Part shown: one piece after another, positions 9,527 through 17,038 of the stretch
Layout: each line of letters begins with the position of its first letter
Numbering within the stretch: position 1 is the first letter of the stretch
Source: a virus
Taxonomy: Duplodnaviria > Caudoviricetes
DNA: 64,000 nt
Virus record (IMG/VR): IMGVR_UViG_3300042379_000183
Span: 1,376-65,375 of that record
Reading direction: 5' to 3' (one strand)
The notes under the pieces: generated by a model
The model's database searches: none
Told to the model about the DNA's origin: nothing
Seen by the model: only the letters and a program-made list of their open reading frames with translations
Program-made: the position numbers and the translations under genes

Positions 9527-11771
9527 GAATTAAGCTAAGGTCTAGTGTACCGAATTTTACTGCATCTATGTTTCCATGTATATCCTTTATAATACTCGTT
9601 AATGGGTCAGCTTCATACAATTCTACAAACGTCTTTCTAAGCTTTATAAACAACTGTGGCATATCAGCTAGAAGACAACCAAAAGAATCATGAATAGTTG
9701 TCACTGGAAAGTCTAACTGATTTACTGTTATTGCTAAATGTGCAGCGTCTAAGCTATGGATAATATTTGGACTTGCACCTTGAGACTGCTTTCCCTTAGA
9801 TGGTTTTACATCTTCAATAAAGCATATTGCAAGTTGCAATGTATTTGAATAATACCCACTACTTTTTCTTTCATCTTGAGGAGGTCCATACTGTACCCAT
9901 ATCTTCTTTACATTGCCCTCTGTATAGTTTTGAACTACAGGAAAGTTAGTAATTGGTACAGTCCAAGATAAGAAACGCTCTTCTTTCTCAGCTTTCTTTC
10001 CAGCATCTTCAAAGACTTTTAGAAGCTGCATTGGACGTTCTAATGAGACTCGACAATCATTAAATACTTCTCTACCCAAATATGCACCCCACCTGTGTTC
10101 CATATAAAGCAAGAGATCAATATTATGCTTTCTAGCATCATCGATAACTTGTTGACCTAGACCATATGCAGTACCACCATATGGAATTGTCATTGTATTT
10201 CTCTTGACAATTTTTCTTTTGTATTTAGCATCTTTGATTCGATACCAAAAGACAGGAGCTGCAATGCTTAGGAGATATTCATTATCTCTTTTGAACTCTT
10301 TTATCTGTTCAATTAGAGCCTTACGTAAATCACTTTTAGGCTCAGCTGCATTTATTTGTTTCTTAAGCTCAATTAGATTATCAATAAAGATCTCACAATC
10401 TTGTATCTCTTCATCTCGCATAAGAACTAACTCTTGCTTTAAATGCTCCCATACGTGATCTCCTACATACTTATAGAGGTCTCCAGGTAGATCTAAAGGT
10501 ACTAAGTTTACATGTGGTGCAATTACTTCATCTTTTGTTAATGCTGAAAGATGTTGACTTCCATTATTAGAACCATCAAGATAGGCTTCAAGATGTGATT
10601 CATACTCATAAGAAGTATAATCATCTACTTTCGTTTGCCAAATTCTAAGTTTCATCAACTCAAAACAAGCAGCTAAGAATTGCCAAGGACTATCAGCTTG
10701 CATCCAACCTTGATTTACCTTTGGTGACTCTGCATAAGACAATAGAATTTCTTCATTATCTATAGCCCAAAGATATCTATCTTTCAATGGAATCTTGTCA
10801 GTCTTAGCATTATCTTGTCTTCCTGCATCTCCAGCCCAAGCGGAAGCAATACTCACAAGTAGCCAAAAGAAGCCATCTTTACCGATTGACTTCTTATCAG
10901 CTCTTAGAAGTAAACCTCGAGCTAGATCGCTACCTTGTTCATGAAGATATGCGGTAGCAACATATTTTCTACCTCTGAAGTCATAGTAATAAAGGTGATA
11001 AAATATCTTATTAAGAAACCTTTTAGCAATATCACCAATTGCTTTCGCTTCTCTTAACTTTGTTGCACGTGCTTCTACATTATTTAATTCCCAAATATCT
11101 GAGAATGCTTCTGTTTTATTACGTAATGCCCAAGAATGAATATTGAAGATTTCTGTGTTTATCTTCCAACCAGTTTCTTGTGCACGATTTACACAATCAA
11201 AGATAATAGGGTGTGTACTTATGGATAAGCTATCGAGTACTTCTTTATTACCAGTCTTCACCAACCAAACACCTGTATCGTGTTTTGCTGTTACCCAAGG
11301 ACTATATGGCTTCTCTGATGGTAATTTTTCTATTTTGCTAGGATCAAGATTATTCCATAGATTACAGATACCATCATCATTTAAAACTTGAATAATATAC
11401 GTAGCATGCCCTTTTGCACCTTGACCGAGTACTACCTGAATATAACCGAGTTCTTCAAAAGTATAAAGCATAAATGCACCAGTCTTAGCTGCTAGCGCTG
11501 ACTCTCGTTTAAGCTTATACTTGCTTCTGATGTTATGCCCAATTGCAGCAATAACTTCTGTCAGATAGATCGAATTTTTATTTGGTCCTCGTTTAGGTCG
11601 AGTATACAAATAAATAATTGAGACTAAGTTTTCAAGATAGTCTTTACACTTATATTGGAATAAATATTTTAATGGATTATGAGCAGACACCTCTATCTGT
11701 AATCTAGATTGAATTGAGTCTAGGATAAGTTGAGCTTTAGAATTTGAAATAACTTTTTTCATCTCATTCAT
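9501..11771 (-). CDS. T7-like single-subunit DNA-directed RNA polymerase (stand-alone)
   Basis: YDFRGRKY, motif A LDGSNNGSQHLSAL, motif B RKIVKRNTMTIPYGG, SPNIIHSLDA, motif C TIHDSFG; AAGGAG RBS. Confidence 0.95.
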   Translation of the reverse strand: MNEMKKVISNSKAQLILDSIQSRLQIEVSAHNPLKYLFQYKCKDYLENLVSIIYLYTRPKRGPNKNSIYLTEVIAAIGHNIRSKYKLKRESALAAKTGAFMLYTFEELGYIQVVLGQGAKGHATYIIQVLNDDGICNLWNNLDPSKIEKLPSEKPYSPWVTAKHDTGVWLVKTGNKEVLDSLSISTHPIIFDCVNRAQETGWKINTEIFNIHSWALRNKTEAFSDIWELNNVEARATKLREAKAIGDIAKRFLNKIFYHLYYYDFRGRKYVATAYLHEQGSDLARGLLLRADKKSIGKDGFFWLLVSIASAWAGDAGRQDNAKTDKIPLKDRYLWAIDNEEILLSYAESPKVNQGWMQADSPWQFLAACFELMKLRIWQTKVDDYTSYEYESHLEAYLDGSNNGSQHLSALTKDEVIAPHVNLVPLDLPGDLYKYVGDHVWEHLKQELVLMRDEEIQDCEIFIDNLIELKKQINAAEPKSDLRKALIEQIKEFKRDNEYLLSIAAPVFWYRIKDAKYKRKIVKRNTMTIPYGGTAYGLGQQVIDDARKHNIDLLLYMEHRWGAYLGREVFNDCRVSLERPMQLLKVFEDAGKKAEKEERFLSWTVPITNFPVVQNYTEGNVKKIWVQYGPPQDERKSSGYYSNTLQLAICFIEDVKPSKGKQSQGASPNIIHSLDAAHLAITVNQLDFPVTTIHDSFGCLLADMPQLFIKLRKTFVELYEADPLTSIIKDIHGNIDAVKFGTLDLSLILDSEYCFS

Positions 11772-11779
11772 GGCGCTCC

Positions 11780-11905
11780 TTAAAATAAATTTTTTACTAT
11801 GTACAATAATGTTATAACAAAGAGATACAATGCAAAGACGTTAAACACAACAATTAGAAAGACCTTTAAAAGATTCAAAAGAATTTCTACTATGTTGTAT
11901 TTCAT
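11780..11905 (-). CDS. Small hydrophobic peptide, 41 aa (not in ORF track)
   Basis: MKYNIVEILLNLLKVFLIVVFNVFALYLFVITLLYIVKNLF*; AGGA RBS; stop abuts the RNAP RBS. Confidence 0.45.
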   Translation of the reverse strand: MKYNIVEILLNLLKVFLIVVFNVFALYLFVITLLYIVKNLF

Positions 11906-11972
11906 TCAATTCCTACTTATTTTGATTGATTATAATAATAATAATGTCTAAGTAGATCGAAGGTATTCTATC

Positions 11973-12030
11973 GAAAAAGAAAAAAAAAAATAAGAGAAAG
12001 AAAAGAAACTATCCCACGAATGGGATAGTT
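11973..12030 (-). terminator. Strong intrinsic terminator upstream of the RNAP gene
   Basis: Perfect 10-bp stem AACUAUCCCA-UUCG-UGGGAUAGUU followed by a ~35-nt U-rich tract. Confidence 0.85.
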
Positions 12031-12331
12031 AGGGTTGACATATATCTAAAATCTTATTGATTTTAAATAATGCCAATTGATGCTCTAGTGAGCGAGGTGA
12101 TGATGTTTCTAACACTTGTTGCAACTTCTTTATTTCAGCCCGTGTTACCTCTATCTCTTTCTGCCTACGCAACACTTCTTTTAGATGTAAGTCAACTGCT
12201 GATCTTAGACGAGCACCAGTTGAAATACACTTTATTGTGTTTGAGATTGAGGAATCCTTTACACTTCCTGCAAAGAATTCCATCAATCTAAAACCTGCTG
12301 CTTTCTTACTCGAGCCTTTAGTTGAAGACAC
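12029..12331 (-). CDS. Hypothetical early protein
   Basis: 100-aa basic ORF overlapping the upstream gene, ending at the terminator. Confidence 0.55.
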   Translation of the reverse strand: MSSTKGSSKKAAGFRLMEFFAGSVKDSSISNTIKCISTGARLRSAVDLHLKEVLRRQKEIEVTRAEIKKLQQVLETSSPRSLEHQLALFKINKILDICQP

Positions 12332-12764
12332 GATTCCAGCTCACTACTGCGATCTCCTTTGTATCCTTCCAGAGATTGGTTGTCACTGTTGCTACGGGAG
12401 CTACAATGTTTTCCTTAACAGCTGCTGTGACTGTAGCCTGAGGAATAATCGCAGCCTTCAAACTTGCGGTTGTAACTTGCAAATTTGCTTTTGTTACTGC
12501 TAATTCTACCTTGGCAGCGACTATCTCATCCCTCATTTGCGAAATTTGCTGTTCCGCAATAATAGCTTCAAGCTTCATTTTATCCATCAATTCTCTCTGA
12601 AGCGTAATCTTTTCTTCTACTTTCGTTATAGCAGCATCAATCTTTGTTTGTTCAACAACAATCTGCTCTTGTCTCATAGTACACATAACAGCTAACGCAA
12701 TTACTCCAAAAGCAAGGAAGGTACTAACCACTGCACTAAAGGTTTTAGACATTTGAAACTCCAT
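12318..12764 (-). CDS. Membrane-anchored coiled-coil protein; likely start 12752
   Basis: N-terminal TM segment then heptad-rich helix; GGAG RBS before MSKTF. Confidence 0.65.
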   Translation of the reverse strand: MEFQMSKTFSAVVSTFLAFGVIALAVMCTMRQEQIVVEQTKIDAAITKVEEKITLQRELMDKMKLEAIIAEQQISQMRDEIVAAKVELAVTKANLQVTTASLKAAIIPQATVTAAVKENIVAPVATVTTNLWKDTKEIAVVSWNRVFN

Positions 12765-12818
12765 TTGGATTAGATGAACACATTAGACAGTTTGAAAACT
12801 TATCCAGGTTTAGCTTAC

Positions 12819-13121
12819 TTACAACTTCCACACATCCGATTCAGAACAAACTGCAAAAGCCTTCTCTGCAGCTTCTTTTTTACTCTTAGCCTTACTCCCA
12901 ACTTTAATTGCTAGAATGCTGAACTTACTTTCAACCGAGCCATCATCTTGCATTATTTCAATTATCATTTCAGTTTGAAACTTCTTCGAGTCTTTTTTCT
13001 TTAACTCATAGGCAACAGTGCTAGTTGTTGCTGCATCAAGACATATATTGAATTTTGAAACTTCTGCTGTACTTGCAAAAGAAACAAAAATCAATGTAGT
13101 CGCAATAAAGATCTTTTTCAT
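12819..13121 (-). CDS. Small exported protein with signal peptide
   Basis: MKKIFIATTLIFVSFASTA signal peptide, two Cys; GGAG RBS. Confidence 0.7.
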   Translation of the reverse strand: MKKIFIATTLIFVSFASTAEVSKFNICLDAATTSTVAYELKKKDSKKFQTEMIIEIMQDDGSVESKFSILAIKVGSKAKSKKEAAEKAFAVCSESDVWKL

Positions 13122-13161
13122 TTCAATTCTCCATTTGGTTTAGGTTGACAGACTTTTTGTC

Positions 13162-13191
13162 TATCATATAAGATACTCTTTTTTCCGCGTT
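13162..13191 (-). promoter_or_regulatory. Class I repeated motif, copy 1 (putative early promoter)
   Basis: Minus strand AACGCGGAAAAAAGAGTATCTTATATGATA; 27/30 identical to 14157-14186. Confidence 0.7.
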
Positions 13192-13276
13192 ATAAATACG
13201 ATAAGCCTATTAAAAACCAAGTAACCAACATTGCTATCAATAGTAAATTGTTAAGAATAAAGTTAAGTGCCTTCAT
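13190..13276 (-). CDS. Small hydrophobic peptide, 28 aa (not in ORF track)
   Basis: MKALNFILNNLLLIAMLVTWFLIGLSYL*; AAGGAGA RBS. Confidence 0.55.
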   Translation of the reverse strand: MKALNFILNNLLLIAMLVTWFLIGLSYL

Positions 13277-13299
13277 ATCTCCTTTAAGGTTGATTTAAA

Positions 13300-13578
13300 T
13301 TAGTACTGATTATAAAATGTATACTCTGTTTCCAGAAGATACATCTTTTCGTTTGCTCTGATTGGATCAATTGTAAGTGCCTTAGCTGCACCCCATTGCT
13401 CTATCAGAAAGGCGCCTACATTGTACGTTTCATTTTCTTCCAACCACTTAAATTCTTCATTTAATGCTTCTGCCTCTTCGTGAGTTACTTTAATTATTCT
13501 CCAAACAGGTATTTTAATGCGATTTCCAAATTTATCTTGTTCATTTCTCCAAGTTCTCAAAACATATGAATAGTCCAT
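13300..13578 (-). CDS. Hypothetical early protein
   Basis: 92 aa, AAAGGA RBS, directly downstream of the hammerhead cleavage site. Confidence 0.65.
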   Translation of the reverse strand: MDYSYVLRTWRNEQDKFGNRIKIPVWRIIKVTHEEAEALNEEFKWLEENETYNVGAFLIEQWGAAKALTIDPIRANEKMYLLETEYTFYNQY

Positions 13579-13596
13579 TACAAGTCCTTTAAGTTT

Positions 13597-13648
13597 ATAC
13601 AGGACGCCCTTTCAGGCGTTTCGGCTAATAAAGCCTCATCAGCTGTAC
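13597..13648 (-). ncRNA. Type I hammerhead ribozyme
   Basis: GUACAG CUGAUGA GGCU-UUAUU-AGCC GAA ACGCCU-GAAA-GGGCGU C^ CUGUAU: full conserved core, three paired stems, GUC cleavage triplet. Confidence 0.9.
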
Positions 13649-13818
13649 TGTTTAGTTATCAAATCTGCGTAACCGACAATTTCATTTTTGTCATTACGCG
13701 AATATGTAACTCTAGTATTACCATTGTATTCAAAGTCCGCTAACTGTTCTTCAGTTATCTTCTTTTGATAGAATGGTTCCCAAGTATCTTTGTCTATCTT
13801 TCTAAACCAGCAATCCAT
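13639..13818 (-). CDS. Hypothetical 59-aa protein (not in ORF track); stop codon lies inside the ribozyme core
   Basis: MDCWFRKIDKDTWEPFYQKK…DLITKQYS*; AAGGAGA RBS. Confidence 0.65.
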   Translation of the reverse strand: MDCWFRKIDKDTWEPFYQKKITEEQLADFEYNGNTRVTYSRNDKNEIVGYADLITKQYS

Positions 13819-13829
13819 TTTAGTCTCCT

Positions 13830-13928
13830 TTAGAGTGGGATGATATTAGTGTAGACAAGTAATCCAAAGACTATTGCAAATACTATCAATGCACAATCCC
13901 AGAATTGGTTTTCTTTTTCGTTAGACAT
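13830..13928 (-). CDS. Small membrane peptide, 32 aa
   Basis: MSNEKENQFWDCALIVFAIVFGLLVYTNIIPL*; AAGGA RBS; the longer track ORF (13830..14048) overlaps the upstream gene. Confidence 0.5.
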   Translation of the reverse strand: MSNEKENQFWDCALIVFAIVFGLLVYTNIIPL

Positions 13929-14121
13929 ACGTTTCCTTTTCAAGGTAATCAGACAGACGAGAGATTCTTTCGGCATAACAATTCGACATATATCGTGCTT
14001 GTTCCTCATGTGACTTATACTGTAGATAAAGCTTCTTAGCGTCTGCAAGTTCTAGTCTTGCGTATTCAGTTGAATCGATTTGTTTAAAAAGTTTCTTTAC
14101 AATAATCAATAGATGGTTCAT
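13921..14121 (-). CDS. Hypothetical early protein
   Basis: 66 aa helical protein, first ORF after class I motif copy 2. Confidence 0.6.
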   Translation of the reverse strand: MNHLLIIVKKLFKQIDSTEYARLELADAKKLYLQYKSHEEQARYMSNCYAERISRLSDYLEKETYV

Positions 14122-14156
14122 ATTTAAATAGAGTTAAGGGCGATATGCTATTTGCT

Positions 14157-14186
14157 TATCATATAAGATACCATTATTTCCGCGTT
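14157..14186 (-). promoter_or_regulatory. Class I repeated motif, copy 2 (putative early promoter)
   Basis: Minus strand AACGCGGAAATAATGGTATCTTATATGATA, just downstream of the lysis-cassette terminator. Confidence 0.7.
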
Positions 14187-14197
14187 TTATTTTGATT

Positions 14198-14220
14198 AAA
14201 AACCCCACTCATTGGTGGGG
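14198..14220 (-). terminator. Intrinsic terminator closing the lysis cassette
   Basis: CCCCAC-CAAUGA-GUGGGG-UUUUU. Confidence 0.7.
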
Positions 14221-14234
14221 CAAATAAAAACATT

Positions 14235-14381
14235 TTAGACTTTGTTATATAGCTCGAAAAGAGTTTTTACTTTTTCTTCCATCATTTTAAGTCTTACATC
14301 CATCTTAGCAAAAAGCACAATGACCATAACAACCGCAACGCCGATAGGCCAAAGTTTGCTTACTGTATCTAATACATCCAT
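14235..14381 (-). CDS. Small TM plus coiled-coil protein, 48 aa, possibly lysis-associated (not in ORF track)
   Basis: MDVLDTVSKLWPIGVAVVMVIVLFAKMDVRLKMMEEKVKTLFELYNKV*; GGAG RBS. Confidence 0.6.
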   Translation of the reverse strand: MDVLDTVSKLWPIGVAVVMVIVLFAKMDVRLKMMEEKVKTLFELYNKV

Positions 14382-14406
14382 AGCATCTCCGACAAATCAC
14401 TAACAA

Positions 14407-14910
14407 CTATTTAGCTGAAAAACATTTACTTTCAGCTACTCTTCGTTTTGTTAGACCTTTTAGCACGATACCTCCTGCTTTATTCCAGCAAAGAAATTCA
14501 TTTGCGGCTTCACTATATTCTAATCGATTTACAAGCCTACGTAACGTACTTGCTTGTAGATTTCCAACGCCAACATTAAAAGCAAAGTCAGTTAATGCGG
14601 CTTCTTGGTTAACTGTTAATGGTGCACTGATATATTTTAGTACACCCTTATTTGCTGTTTTCAGGTCTTCCTCTAACCAGAGATCAGCAGTTTCTTGATT
14701 TATTAAAGGGAAAGTAGTTTGGAGCCATTGATCTGCTTCTAATTTACTTTTACCTTCTTCCAAATGTTTTTTTAAACTATATCTAGAAACTAATCTTCCC
14801 CATCCTTGAGTAGGTAATCCATGTGGATGAGGATCCCAATACGATTTCAGAAAACAGCGCTCAAATGGTTTTGCAAGAGATGCAGCTAATTCTGCAACAT
14901 CCTTATTCAT
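14407..14910 (-). CDS. Endolysin, GH24 phage lysozyme
   Basis: FE…Y.D…T.GWG catalytic region; NQEAALTDFAFNVGVGN; WNKAGG.VLKGLTKRRVAE. Confidence 0.9.
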   Translation of the reverse strand: MNKDVAELAASLAKPFERCFLKSYWDPHPHGLPTQGWGRLVSRYSLKKHLEEGKSKLEADQWLQTTFPLINQETADLWLEEDLKTANKGVLKYISAPLTVNQEAALTDFAFNVGVGNLQASTLRRLVNRLEYSEAANEFLCWNKAGGIVLKGLTKRRVAESKCFSAK

Positions 14911-14925
14911 AATATTCTTTCGTTG

Positions 14926-15030
14926 TTAGCATGTGTGATAAAAGAGAATCATAACACATACAAAAAGAATTACTGCCGTTACAAGAATTAGAAACCATGA
15001 TGCTATTTGTGTAACATCATCTTCTTGCAT
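14926..15030 (-). CDS. Small single-TM peptide, 34 aa (not in ORF track)
   Basis: MQEDDVTQIASWFLILVTAVILFVCVMILFYHTC*; start overlaps the upstream stop (TAATG). Confidence 0.4.
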   Translation of the reverse strand: MQEDDVTQIASWFLILVTAVILFVCVMILFYHTC

Positions 15031-15581
15031 TACGCACCCTTATACGCTGTATTTGCAGATCCGCCGAAGGCAGCTTTAGCAGCTCTTTGGCCAAACCAAT
15101 AGGATAATACCAAAATAACAATAGACATGTCTGATGATGTCCATACGGCAAGTACTGCTTGTTGCCATTGATCTGGAGCAGCCTTTAATGCAGTTTGTAG
15201 TTGAGCCCATTTTACAATAGAATAGAATGAGAACGCTGCATACGTAATAGCCGGTCTAACAAGACTCGAAACAAAATCGAGTAATATAAATAAATAAAAG
15301 GCAGGTGTAAGAACCCACCCACTCATATTATATCCTTTGGCCGCATCAAGTAGCTGCACACCAAATGAATGGACTGGTTGATGTAATCCTTTAGACTCTT
15401 CGATATCAGCAGTTGCTGAAATCTCTTCCATCTTGTAAATATGTTCTTGTGATTTAGCTTTGATTTGTAAATCCATCATTGCTAATTCATGAAGATTGTC
15501 TTGTTTCCTTTGAAAGAACTTAAAGATCTCTGTTGCAAATGGTGCAAAGAAACCAAATCCTGCAGATAGTAATTCTATCAT
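15030..15581 (-). CDS. Putative holin (3-TM, GTA-holin-like)
   Basis: VRPAITY…LSYWFGQR, TM segments, next to the endolysin. Confidence 0.6.
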   Translation of the reverse strand: MIELLSAGFGFFAPFATEIFKFFQRKQDNLHELAMMDLQIKAKSQEHIYKMEEISATADIEESKGLHQPVHSFGVQLLDAAKGYNMSGWVLTPAFYLFILLDFVSSLVRPAITYAAFSFYSIVKWAQLQTALKAAPDQWQQAVLAVWTSSDMSIVILVLSYWFGQRAAKAAFGGSANTAYKGA

Positions 15582-15582
15582 T

Positions 15583-15828
15583 TTATAACCTTAACGTACA
15601 GATTAACCCAAGGGAACCACCTAATGCAGTAGCAACGAAATCCATTGGATCAGGTGTTCCTTTTCCTGAGACTTTATCATAGATCTCTTTAGCTGCACCA
15701 ATAGCTATAGCAAGACCTAGGCCTGCTTGCCAACCAAAAATATAATGACCTGCCGCAAACAAAATAACCCCACCTAACGCATGTAATGCTTTATCATATG
15801 GGATACTGGATAACAAAGGAATTTGCAT
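15583..15828 (-). CDS. Small membrane protein (VanZ/YfiM-like motif)
   Basis: DKALH…AAKEIYD…D..DFVATALGG. Confidence 0.6.
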   Translation of the reverse strand: MQIPLLSSIPYDKALHALGGVILFAAGHYIFGWQAGLGLAIAIGAAKEIYDKVSGKGTPDPMDFVATALGGSLGLICTLRL

Positions 15829-15932
15829 ATGATTCTCCTAACAAATTGATACTTACTTTAGTTAATTTTATTATTCTCAACTGGACTAGGACTAACATAA
15901 TTAGAAAAGGGATATAATAGGGGGACGTCGTA

Positions 15933-15951
15933 GGGTTAAGTTAACGGGTTG
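15933..15951 (-). promoter_or_regulatory. Class II repeated motif, copy 2
   Basis: + strand GGGTTAAGTTAACGGGTTG; upstream of the lysis cassette. Confidence 0.75.
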
Positions 15952-16030
15952 GTCTAAGTAGGAATGTCATATTCAATAGTAAATCTAGTTCTGAAAATAA
16001 ACAAATTAAAGCGGTCCAAGAGGGCAAGTG

Positions 16031-16106
16031 AGCCCGCAAGGGATACCACAGGGATGCCACCAAAAAATTTCTTGATGGTGGCCCAATCTGGTACCTTCTT
16101 GGGGCT
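16031..16106 (-). other. Long imperfect hairpin at the end of the tail operon
   Basis: Nested pairings AGCCC/GGGCU, CAAG/CUUG, GGUACCA/UGGUAUC, GCCACCA/UGGUGGC. Confidence 0.55.
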
Positions 16107-16115
16107 TCTCCATGC

Positions 16116-16604
16116 CTAGCCTACCATCAGTTTCGGACTAATGATTGGCATATTGTAATGAGACGTTTTCTTAAGACTAATATGACCTCTTCTTTCCCAA
16201 CCTAGCTTCTCTAAAATACGTGTAAAGATGTAATGCTCATCTAAATGACTACCTACTGAGAATACAAATTGATATTTATTTTTCTCAGCATATTCTAACA
16301 TGGCATCATGTAAAATCCTAATTGCACGATATGCTGCATGTCCTTTTAATACAGAACAATAATATTGTTGTTGGAGTACGCTATGTCTAAAGTGTAAACT
16401 ACCTCCAGCATCTGCATAGATCCAAGCAACAATTTTATTGTCTATTTCTAAAGCTCTTACAAATTTCTTTCTTCTTATTGCAAGTGATAAATTAGCTATT
16501 GCAAATTCAAAATCAATTGGTAAGAATTCATAATCATTTTGATCCGCATACAATTCAATACAATAACGTACTTGTTGAAATGTTTGGATATTAATGAGAT
16601 TCAT
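16116..16604 (-). CDS. Hypothetical protein, possible GNAT fold
   Basis: 162 aa; KIVAWI…LEKLGW pattern resembles GNAT-like phage proteins. Confidence 0.45.
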   Translation of the reverse strand: MNLINIQTFQQVRYCIELYADQNDYEFLPIDFEFAIANLSLAIRRKKFVRALEIDNKIVAWIYADAGGSLHFRHSVLQQQYYCSVLKGHAAYRAIRILHDAMLEYAEKNKYQFVFSVGSHLDEHYIFTRILEKLGWERRGHISLKKTSHYNMPIISPKLMVG

Positions 16605-16621
16605 TTGAAGTTAGAATCGCA

Positions 16622-17038
16622 TTAGGTTGGTGCCACTGGCCAAGTAATATTAAATGGATCTGTTTGAGTAGTTATATCCCTTAATGCTTGACGGTAGTCT
16701 TTCCACGACTGTGAGATGGGAATACCAGTGTCTGTGGCTTTTACTACTCGCCAGTCTGATTGTTCAAGTAATCTATTTCTTTGGCCTTTAATCTCCGTCC
16801 ATTGTATATTTAATCTTACTTCTGGACTACGTAAATCTTCCCATTTTTTATCTGTCCAATTCCAAGTACATTGAATGTAAGGCTGTGGTGGAAAGGGAAT
16901 TATATTACCATTTTCAACGTAACCTTCTATCATATTATCAGGCATCGGTACACAGGCCTCACCTTCGTTTGATTCTTCATGAGAAGTATAGCGTGTAATT
17001 TGTCCTGTATTTATTTTATATATATAATAGTTATTCAT
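16622..17038 (-). CDS. Tail fibre assembly chaperone
   Basis: RNRLLEQSDW…W.DYRQALRDIT.Q..P..ITWP..P. Confidence 0.85.
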   Translation of the reverse strand: MNNYYIYKINTGQITRYTSHEESNEGEACVPMPDNMIEGYVENGNIIPFPPQPYIQCTWNWTDKKWEDLRSPEVRLNIQWTEIKGQRNRLLEQSDWRVVKATDTGIPISQSWKDYRQALRDITTQTDPFNITWPVAPT

